NCBI GenBank assembly: GCA_041687695.1
Contig: JAWLBL010000005.1
Coordinates: 36,382 to 100,381 of the forward strand
DNA from: Myxococcota bacterium
GTDB lineage: Bacteria; Myxococcota_A; UBA9042; PHBI01; JAWLBL01
Length of the DNA: 64,000 nt
Direction of reading: 5' to 3'
Below, piece after piece: positions 54,317 to 64,000 of this stretch. Under the pieces are notes generated by a model, which had not been told where the DNA came from, did not search any database, and saw only the letters and a list, made by a program, of their open reading frames with translations. Every line of letters begins with the position of its first letter. The first letter of the stretch is position 1. A program made the position numbers and the translations under genes.

Positions 54317-55275
54317 GGGGCGACCTCGCCCGCCGCGGGCCGGACGAGGGCGAGGCCGAAGAGGCGCTGGTCGTCGGTGATGAAGCGATCGACGGCGAGG
54401 CCGGTGCCGTCGAGCCGTCGGGCCAGGCTGTCGCGCGTGTACTTGGTCGACACCTCGGTGCGGATGCTGTCGCCCGCGGCGAGGCGCAGGGTGACGTCGG
54501 CGGCCGGGATGCGCACGGTGACCGGGCGGCGCGCGACGAGGCGGAGGTCGATCCAGGCCTGCTCGGGGTCCCAGACGGCGCTGTGCTCGAAGTCCGCGCG
54601 GCGGAAGTCGGCGCCGAAGCGGGCGTTGACCACGTCCAGGATGTTCAGGTTGAAGGCGGCCGTGACGCCCTGGGCGTCGTTGTAGGCGGCCTCGAGGCGG
54701 GCGGGGTCCTTGACGAGGTCGACGCCGAGCAGCAGGGCGTCGTCGGGCGCGAGGCGGCCGGCCAGGGCCGTGAAGAAGGCGTTGGCGCGCAGGGGCGGCA
54801 GGTTGCCGACGGTGCCGGCGAGGAACAGGACGAGGCGGCGCCCGCCGGGGCCGAGGGCGGCGAGGTTGCGCTCGAAGTCGCCGACCACGGGGCGCACCGA
54901 CAGGCCGGGGTAGTCGGCCTCGAGGCGTCGGGCCGAGGCCTCGAGGAAGGCCTGGTTGATGTCGAGCAGGGTCAGGCGCTCCAAGCAGCCGGCGGCGCGG
55001 CCGGCCTCGATGAGGCGGCGGACCTTGTCGCTGGCGCCGCAGCCCAGCTCGGCCAGCTCGCGCGGCCGCACCGCGTCCACGATCGCGTGGGCCTGGGCCG
55101 TCAACAGGGCCGTCTCGGTGCGCGTCTGGTAGTACTCGGGCAGGCGCGTGATGGCCTCGAACAGGGCGCTGCCGCGGTCGTCGTAGAGGTAGCGGGTCGG
55201 CAGCTCGGGCAACGGTCGGAGCAGGGCCTCGCGCAGCTCGGCGAGGCTCTGGGCGTCCGGCGGGGGACCTTGCAT
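54313..55275 (-). CDS. egtD: L-histidine N-alpha-methyltransferase
   Basis: YLYDDRGSALFEAITRLPEYYQTRTE, ELGCG, AYNDAQGVTAAFNLN, IRTEVSTKY. Confidence 0.92.
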   Translation of the reverse strand: MQGPPPDAQSLAELREALLRPLPELPTRYLYDDRGSALFEAITRLPEYYQTRTETALLTAQAHAIVDAVRPRELAELGCGASDKVRRLIEAGRAAGCLERLTLLDINQAFLEASARRLEADYPGLSVRPVVGDFERNLAALGPGGRRLVLFLAGTVGNLPPLRANAFFTALAGRLAPDDALLLGVDLVKDPARLEAAYNDAQGVTAAFNLNILDVVNARFGADFRRADFEHSAVWDPEQAWIDLRLVARRPVTVRIPAADVTLRLAAGDSIRTEVSTKYTRDSLARRLDGTGLAVDRFITDDQRLFGLALVRPAAGEVAP

Positions 55276-55493
55276 CGGTGCTCCGTGAGGCGCGATGGGA
55301 GTTGGGGTGGCCGCAGTCTGGCGCGCGAACGCGTGGCGGGCAACCGCCCGGTCGCCTCGCCGTAGGCCCCCACGGTCCGCGTGACTACCTGTGTCGTCAG
55401 CCCGCGGCGACTCGACGGCCGCCCTCGCGGCGAGGGCCGGACGCCGTCCCGGCGCACAGGCGGGCGCCTCTGACACCCTTGCCGGAGATCGAC

Positions 55494-57436
<1,943 letters not shown>

Positions 57437-57440
<4 letters not shown>

Positions 57441-59545
57441 GCGATGAACGCGCGCACGGCGCCGAGCGACGCGACCCGGCCGAGATCTCCATCGACGGCA
57501 TCGTCAACCGCATGCGCTGGGACCCCAACCAGCAGGCCGATCTGGACCTCCTGCTCGACCGCGAGTGGCTGCTGACCAACGGCCTGGGCGGCTACGCGTC
57601 GGGCTCGGTCTCCGGCGCCTCCACCCGCCGCTATCACGGGCTGCTGGTGGCCGCCCTGCCCGCCCCCTACGGCCGCATGGTGATGCTGAACCACCTGTCC
57701 GAGGAGGTGCGGCTGACCGACGGCAGCTACGTCCCGCTGGGCGGCTGGGAGGTGGCGCGCGGCACGCTGGAGCTGCACGGCGCTGGTGCGCTGCGGGAGT
57801 TCCGCCTCGAGGCCGGCCTGCCGGTCTGGCGCTACGAGACCGACGCCTTCGTGCTGGAAAAGCGTCTGGTCATGCCGCACCTGCAAAACACCATGCACAT
57901 CAGCTACAGGCTGGCGCGGGGGGATGGGCCGCTTCGGCTGAACCTGCGGCCGTCGCTGCACTTTCGGCCCCACGAGGCGCGCGTCGACACGCCCCTGCAC
58001 GACCCCTACTGCATCAGCGCGATGGGCCGCCGCATCGAGGTGCACCCGCACGACCCCGAGCTGATGCCCCTGCGCATGATGCTGCTGGGCGGCCGGGGGC
58101 ACCGCGCGGGCGCGATGGTGCTCGACGGGGGCCGCTTCCGCGAGCTGTTCTATCGGGTCGAGCACAGCCGCGGCTACGAGGCCATCGGCACCCTGTGGTC
58201 GCCGGGCTACTTCCGGGCCGAGCTGACCTGTGGCGAGGAGGCCACGCTGGTCGCCTCGACCGACGAGTGGTCGGCCGTCACGGCCATGACGCCGGACGCC
58301 GCGTTGGCCTCGGAGCGCGAGCGACGTCGGCGGCTGGTCTGCGCCGCGCATCCCGCAGCGCAGCATGGCGCGGCGGCCGAGCTGGTCCTGGCCGCCGACC
58401 AGTTCATCATCCAGCCGTCCACGCGCCTGGGCGACGCCGCCCGCGCCCACGCGGCCGGCGACGACGTGCGGACCATCATCGCCGGGTATCACTGGTTCAC
58501 CGACTGGGGCCGCGACACGATGATCAGCCTCGAGGGGCTGACGCTGTGCACGGGCCGGCAGCTCGAGGCGGGCTACATCCTGCGGACGTTCTCGCACTAC
58601 ATCCGCGACGGCCTCATCCCGAACATGTTCCCCGAGGGCGAGTCCGAGGGCCTGTACCACACCGCCGACGCGACGCTGTGGTTCTTCCACGCCGTCCACC
58701 GCTACGTCGGCGCGACGGACGACCGCGAGACGCTGCGGGCGCTCATCCCCAAGCTGATAGAGATCGTCGAGCACCACCTGAAGGGGACGCGCTTCGGCAT
58801 CGGCGTCGACCCCGAGGACGGGCTGCTGCGACAGGGGCAGGCCGGCTATCAGCTGACCTGGATGGACGCCAAGGTGGACGACTGGGTCGTCACGCCCCGG
58901 CGCGGCAAGGCCGTCGAGCTCAACGCGCTGTGGTACAACGCGCTCAAGCTGCTCGAGGGCTGGGTGCGCGACGAGCGGGGCGACGCGGCCGCCCGCTGGC
59001 TGGCCGACCAGGCCGAGCGGACCCGGGCCTCGTTCAACCGTCGCTTCTGGTTCGAGCAGGGCCAGTACCTGCTGGACCTGGTCGACGGCGAGGACGGCGA
59101 CGACCCGGCGATCCGCCCCAACCAGGTGTTCGCCGTCGCGCTCGAGCACCCCGTGCTGGACCCCAGCCGGTGGGAGGCGGTGGTGAATTGTGCGCTGCAG
59201 CATCTGGTGACCCCGGTGGGGCTGCGGTCGCTGGCGCGCGGGCACCGGGACTACAAGCCGCGCTACTTCGGCGACCTGCGCTCGCGGGACGCGGCCTACC
59301 ACCAGGGCACCGTCTGGGGGTGGCTGGTGGGGCCGATGGTCGACGCGTGGCTGCGGGTGTGGCCCGAGGACAAGGCGGGCGCGCGCGCGTTCGTCGAGGG
59401 CTTCCTGCCGCACCTGGGCGAGGCGTGCATCGGGTCGCTGAGCGAGATCTTCGACGCCGAGCCGCCGTTCTCGCCGCGCGGGTGCGTGGCGCAGGCCTGG
59501 AGCGTGGCCGAGGCGCTGCGCTGCTGGATCAAGACACAGAGCTGA
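57437..59545 (+). CDS. amylo-alpha-1,6-glucosidase / glycogen debranching enzyme
   Basis: EWLLTNGLGGYAS, AGYHWFTDWGRDTMI, TWMDAK, YHQGTVW, QAWSVAE. Confidence 0.9.
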
Positions 59546-59593
59546 GGCCGACACCGAGCCGCGACCGACGCCGACAGGCAAGGAGACCCGGTC

Positions 59594-61159
59594 ATGACGA
59601 GCCCACGGACCCCGAGCGGAACCCGCAGCATCTGGTGGGCGCGCGCGCCCGAGGCGCCCACGTATCCGCCGCTGGAGGGCGAGGCCACCTACGACGTCGC
59701 GGTGGTCGGCGCGGGCATCACCGGGCTGACCACGGCGCTGCTGCTGGCCCGGGAGGGCAAGCGGGTCGTGGTGCTCGAGGCCGACCGGGTGGGCAGCGGC
59801 GTGACCGGCGCGACCTCGGCGCACCTGACGACGCTGCCCGACGCGGGGCTGGCGGTGCTGGCGCGGCGCTTCGGGCTCGAGGGGGCGCGCCTCGCGCACC
59901 TGGGGATGGTCGCGGCCATCGACCGCATCGAGACCCTGAGCCGCCGGTACGCGGTGGCCGGCGACTTCCGGCGCGTGCCGGGCCTCGTCTACGCCGAGGA
60001 CGGGCCGCAGGTGCCGCGGCTGGAGGAGGAGATCGAGATCGCGCGGCGGCTGGATCTCGACGCGGCGGTGGTCGAGCGATCCGAGCTGCCGTTCCCCATC
60101 ACGCGCGGGCTGCGGGTGCACGGGATGGCGCAGATCGAGCCGCTGGCCTACGTGCGCGGGCTGGCGCGCGAGCTGGTCGCGCAGCCGTGCTGCCATGTGC
60201 ACGAGCAGACGCGGGTGGTGTCGGTCGGCGAGGGCGAGCCTTGCGAGCTGGAAGCGATGACCCCGCGCGGCGAGGGGCTGGTGCGGGCGGCCGAGGTCGT
60301 GCTGGCGACCCACACGCCCATCGGCGTGAACCTGCTGCAGACCCTGGTCGCGCCGTATCGGTCGTACTGCCTGGCGGCGCGCCTCGAGGGCGACGGCGCG
60401 GCGACGCCGCAGGGCCTGTTCTGGGACATGGCCGAGCCCTACAACTACACGCGCGACCTGCGCACCCCCGAGGGGACCTTCGTCGTCGTCGGCGGGCGAG
60501 ACCACAAGAGCGGCGATCGCGAGGACACGCCGCGACGCATGCGCGAGCTGGAGAGCTACGCGCGGGCGCGATGGCCCGTCGCCGAGGTCGTGGCGCAGTG
60601 GTCGGCGCAGCACTACGTCCCGGCGGACGGGCTGCCCTTCGTCGGGCGCAGCCCGCGGGCGACGCACCTGTGGGTCGCGACCGGCTTCGCGGGCGACGGC
60701 CTGACGTTCGGGACGACGGCGGCGCTGGCGTTGGTCGACGTGATGGGGGGCCGGGCCAACCCGTGGGCGGACCTGTTCTCGACCAGGCGCTTCAAGCCGG
60801 GCGCGCAGGCCAAGAACTTCCTGCACGAAAACCTGGCCTCGGGGTGGCACATGGTGGCCGACCGGATGGGGCTGCTGCGGCGCGATCTCGAGGACGCGAC
60901 GAAGCTGCGGCCCTGCGAGGGGATGACCGTGCGCCACGGCGGCGAGCCGGTGGCGGTGTACAAGGACGCGGCGGGGCAGCTGTTCGCCATGAGCGCGGTC
61001 TGCCGCCACATGAAGTGCATCGTCCAGTTCAACAAGGCCGAGCAGAGCTGGGACTGCCCCTGCCACGGGGGCCGCTACGACGCGCTGGGCAAGCGCCTGT
61101 CGGGGCCGCCGACGCGCGACCTCGAGCCGCGCGGCGTCATCGACGACGACGAGACCTGA
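59594..61159 (+). CDS. FAD-dependent oxidoreductase with C-terminal Rieske [2Fe-2S] domain (YhfW-like)
   Basis: GAGITG; CRHMKC...WDCPCHG. Confidence 0.9.
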   Translation: MTSPRTPSGTRSIWWARAPEAPTYPPLEGEATYDVAVVGAGITGLTTALLLAREGKRVVVLEADRVGSGVTGATSAHLTTLPDAGLAVLARRFGLEGARLAHLGMVAAIDRIETLSRRYAVAGDFRRVPGLVYAEDGPQVPRLEEEIEIARRLDLDAAVVERSELPFPITRGLRVHGMAQIEPLAYVRGLARELVAQPCCHVHEQTRVVSVGEGEPCELEAMTPRGEGLVRAAEVVLATHTPIGVNLLQTLVAPYRSYCLAARLEGDGAATPQGLFWDMAEPYNYTRDLRTPEGTFVVVGGRDHKSGDREDTPRRMRELESYARARWPVAEVVAQWSAQHYVPADGLPFVGRSPRATHLWVATGFAGDGLTFGTTAALALVDVMGGRANPWADLFSTRRFKPGAQAKNFLHENLASGWHMVADRMGLLRRDLEDATKLRPCEGMTVRHGGEPVAVYKDAAGQLFAMSAVCRHMKCIVQFNKAEQSWDCPCHGGRYDALGKRLSGPPTRDLEPRGVIDDDET

Positions 61160-61170
61160 GGAGGAGCGAC

Positions 61171-61524
61171 ATGCAGTGCGAGAGCTTGCACGAGCACGGC
61201 CACGGTCACGGCCCCGAGTGCGGGCACACGGCCATCGAGCACGAGGGGCACATCGACTACCTGTGCGGCGGTCACCTGCACCACCTGCACGGCGACCACT
61301 GCGACGAGCACCGTCTGGCGGTGACCGCGGCCAACCCCGACGCCTGCACGCCGGACCACTGGTGCAGCGGGCACGAGGTGGGCCACGAGCACGACGCCGA
61401 GTGCGGCCACGAGCAGGTGCCGCACGGGGACCACTGGGACTACCTGGTCGGCGGGCACCTGCACCATCCGCATGGGGACCACTGCGACGACCACGGGAAG
61501 GTGCGGGTGGAGATGCGGGGGTGA
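61171..61524 (+). CDS. small His/Cys-rich putative metal-binding protein with two internal repeats
   Basis: GAGGAGGAG RBS; two copies of ECGH...H..H.DYL.GGHLHH.HGDHCD(E/D)H. Confidence 0.75.
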   Translation: MQCESLHEHGHGHGPECGHTAIEHEGHIDYLCGGHLHHLHGDHCDEHRLAVTAANPDACTPDHWCSGHEVGHEHDAECGHEQVPHGDHWDYLVGGHLHHPHGDHCDDHGKVRVEMRG

Positions 61525-61691
61525 GGCCGCAGGGCCCTTCGGCCCACATCCTCGTCAAAAGCGACCCCGGTCCACGGCGCCGGCCGGGCCGGCGCGCGCG
61601 ACCCGCCATGGTCGGGATACGAGGTGCCGTTGCGCCGCCGCGGGCGGCCGTGGAGCGCGCACGCTACGCGCGTTGCGTAGAGGGGGAACCC

Positions 61692-62076
61692 CTACCGCCA
61701 AGTAGGCGCGCCTACCTGCGCAGTGGGCGATCGGCTACCGGCGAGTCGACGCGCCTACCTGCGCAGTGGGCGATCGGCTACCGGCGAGTCGACGCGCCTA
61801 CCTGCGCAGTGGGCGATCGGCTACCGGCGAGTCGACGCGCCTACCTGCGCAGTGGGCGATCGGCTACCGAGGAGTAGGCACGCCCACCTGCGCAGTGGGC
61901 GATCGGCTACCGACGAGTAGGCGCGCCTACCTGCGCAGTGGGCGATCGGCTATCGACGAGTCGACGCGCCCACCTGCGCAGTGGGCGATCGGCTACAGAC
62001 GAGTCGACGCGCCCACCTGCGCAGTGGGCGATCGGCTACCGACGAGTAGGCGCGCCCACATGCGCATGGGCAATGG
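61692..62076. repeat. intergenic 43-bp tandem repeat array (8 full units plus 1 degenerate)
   Basis: Units start at 61692, 61735, 61778, 61821, 61864, 61907, 61950, 61993 and 62036; core gcgcc(t/c)acctgcgcagtgggcgatcggcta. Confidence 0.9.
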
Positions 62077-62126
62077 GACCGCCGGCTTCCAGAGGGTGCC
62101 GTATCGATGCCGGCTGAGGCGGCCAT

Positions 62127-62241
62127 GGAGTGCTCCGGCTTGCCGGAGCCCCGGCCCCGGCGGCTTGCCGCCGGGATCTGGCCGCCAAACCCGGCGCAGC
62201 AAGCTGCGCCGGATGGGGGCTCCACCAAGGTGGAGCACTCC
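62127..62241. repeat. REP/REPIN-like palindromic element
   Basis: Terminal GGAGTGCTCC...GGAGCACTCC with four internal hairpins (TT, TT, AA, AA loops); right half repeated at 11205-11255. Confidence 0.7.
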
Positions 62242-62319
62242 GGTTGGGCGTCTGCGACACCCTCTCCCAGCCGGCCGAATCGCCGCGCTTCGAGGCGCCG
62301 CGAGCGGCGCGACCCGGGG

Positions 62320-62886
62320 TCAGGCGACGATGTCGCGGCGGACCTCGGCGGCCTTGTCGGGGCCGTACAGGGCCTCGATGCAGGCGAGGGCGAAGGCGAC
62401 GGCGGTGCCGGGGCCACGGGAGGTGATGACCTGGCCGTGGCGCGCGACCGGGTCCTCGCAGTAGTTGGCGAAGGTGCCCAGGACGTCGCGGGCCCCCGGG
62501 TGCGAGGTGATGGCGGCGGCGCGGTCGAGCCCGGCCCGGGCGAGGACGGTCGGGGCGGCGCAGATGGCGGCGGTGAGAGCGCCGGCGGCGAGGCGTCGCC
62601 GCAGGAGCGCGAGGAGGGGCTCGCAGGCCGCCAGGTGCTCGGTCCCCTTGGCGCCGCCGGGCAGAAGGACGAGGTCCCAGTCGTCGCCCCACTCCTCCAA
62701 GGCCTCGGAGAGGTCTATGTCGGCCATCACGCGCAGGTTGTTGCGGCCCACGATGGGGTTGGGTGCGCCGACGCTGGCGGTGACGACGTGGGCGCCGGCG
62801 CGGCGCAGCAGATCGACGGGGGCGACGGCCTCGAGCTCTTCGAAGCCCGGGGCGAGCGGGACCAGGACGCGCTTGCGGTCGGCCAT
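62320..62886 (-). CDS. DJ-1/PfpI (YajL/ThiJ-like) family protein
   Basis: APGFEELEA, LPGG, AAICAAP, ITSRGPGTA. Confidence 0.9.
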   Translation of the reverse strand: MADRKRVLVPLAPGFEELEAVAPVDLLRRAGAHVVTASVGAPNPIVGRNNLRVMADIDLSEALEEWGDDWDLVLLPGGAKGTEHLAACEPLLALLRRRLAAGALTAAICAAPTVLARAGLDRAAAITSHPGARDVLGTFANYCEDPVARHGQVITSRGPGTAVAFALACIEALYGPDKAAEVRRDIVA

Positions 62887-62977
62887 GGGCGGCTCTCCTT
62901 GGTGACGGTTCGGGGTGGGCCGGAAGGAAAGCACAGCCGCGGTGGGGACGCGAGCGAAGGGCGCGGCCGAGCCGGGA

Positions 62978-63817
62978 TCAGGCCAGGATGGGCGCGGGCT
63001 TGTCGATGACGGCGTCGCGGCTCAGGCGCAGGGGGTGGGGCAGCTCGACGCCCTCGGCGACGAGGCGCTCGCGCATGCGCTCGCCGAGCTGGTTGCGGAC
63101 GGTGATGAAGTTGCCGCGCTCGGTCCAGACGGCGAAGCGCAGGTGGATGAGGTCCTCGCGGAAGCCCTCGAAGAAGAGCTCGGGCTTGGGCTCCTCGAAG
63201 ACCAGCTCGTGGTCGGCGGCCAGATCGGTCAGGATCTTGCGGACGCGGCCGATGTCCTCGCTCTGCTGGATGGCCAGCGGCAGGTCGACGCGGCGGATGG
63301 GGAAGCGGCTGCGGTTGATGACCTGGGCCTTGAGGACGGCCTCGTTGGGCACGCGGACGAAGAGGTTGTCGAAGGTGCGGATCTTGACGGAGAGGAGGTC
63401 GACCGAGAGGACCTCGCCGGTGGTCTCGCCGATGGTGATGACGTCGCCCGGGACGAAGCTCTGCTCGGCCAGCAGGAACAGGCCGCTGACCAGGTTCGAG
63501 GCCGAGGTCTGCGAGGCGAAGCCGAAGGCGACCGTCAGGATGCCGGCGGCGCCGAGGAGCACGGTGAGATCGAAGCCGAGCTCTCTGAGGAACCACAGGA
63601 AGATGAGGACGACGAGCGTGTAGTGGACGCCGCGGCGGAGCAGCATCACCTGGTGGCGCGGGAGGGCGCGGCCGGCGAGTCGGCCGACGAGGCGCGCGGT
63701 CAGGCGCGACAGGACGAAGCCGATGACGAGGACCGCGAAGGCGCGGGCGACGTTGGCGAAGTCGCCGGTCAGCAGCTGCTGGACGAAGGCCCAGCTGCGA
63801 TCGAGGAGGCCTTCCAA
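62978..63817 (-). CDS. mscS: small-conductance mechanosensitive channel family protein
   Basis: LGAAGILTVAFGFASQ...NLVSG...F.PGD.I...G.V...VRVPN. Confidence 0.85.
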   Translation of the reverse strand: MEGLLDRSWAFVQQLLTGDFANVARAFAVLVIGFVLSRLTARLVGRLAGRALPRHQVMLLRRGVHYTLVVLIFLWFLRELGFDLTVLLGAAGILTVAFGFASQTSASNLVSGLFLLAEQSFVPGDVITIGETTGEVLSVDLLSVKIRTFDNLFVRVPNEAVLKAQVINRSRFPIRRVDLPLAIQQSEDIGRVRKILTDLAADHELVFEEPKPELFFEGFREDLIHLRFAVWTERGNFITVRNQLGERMRERLVAEGVELPHPLRLSRDAVIDKPAPILA

Positions 63818-63821
63818 GGGC

Positions 63822-64000
63822 TCACCTGCCGAAGATGGAGGAGAAGACGCGGGCGCCGAAGTAGCCGGGCGAGGGGACGCGGGGCTCGGCGACCCGGTGG
63901 ACCTGCCCGGGGTCGCCCGCGGCCTCGGGGGCGCCGCTGCCCAGCTGGACGCGGCCGACCGACGTGCCGGCCTCGCGGGTGACGGTGACCTCTTGGGTCC
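63822..64000 (-). CDS. 3' end of a gene running off the window edge
   Basis: Open frame ending ...FSSIFGR* 4 nt upstream of mscS. Confidence 0.45.
   Translation of the reverse strand, partial: TQEVTVTREAGTSVGRVQLGSGAPEAAGDPGQVHRVAEPRVPSPGYFGARVFSSIFGR

Noticed and set aside
61692..62076. CRISPR array
   Set aside because: The variable segments are very short and recur as near-identical alleles rather than unique spacers; no cas genes are in the window.
61723..62464. ORFs through the 43-bp array
   Set aside because: The same peptide recurs in all three frames because of the period; no RBS or plausible protein character.

Overview
Very GC-rich bacterial DNA. The Cys-rich repeat lipoproteins and a TPR-fused Ser/Thr kinase suggest Myxococcota; this is inference. 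Five zones are visible. (1) 1-14466 is an all-minus-strand defence-like island. It starts with a PLD-nuclease/SF2-helicase/DUF3427 gene, followed by five small cargo cassettes. These are separated by five copies of the 5' end of one HIT-family gene, most carrying its promoter, and the copies get progressively longer downstream (about 80, 120, 210, 295 and >=396 bp of coding sequence). (2) 14565-15975 holds two convergent AbiE (type IV TA) operons whose toxin genes both end in stubs fused at a ~10-bp microhomology. (3) 16150-25732 holds four repeat-rich surface lipoproteins. (4) 25857-42983 is a tightly coupled 14-gene, headless phage-tail/contractile-injection-like operon (sheath, tube, VgrG-like hub-spike, gp25, baseplate J, gpI-like, PAAR-like). 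An HNH-type nuclease toxin and a SUKH/SMI1 immunity gene sit inside it, and no capsid, lysis, T6SS membrane or Afp15 ATPase genes are recognisable. (5) 43000-64000 is mostly housekeeping (DUF4105/DUF3015, GT-C, purT, kinase, egtD/egtB, treZ, debranching enzyme, Rieske oxidoreductase, His-rich protein, DJ-1, MscS), plus a 43-bp non-CRISPR tandem array and a REP-like element. All family assignments come from motif recognition by eye, not database searches.
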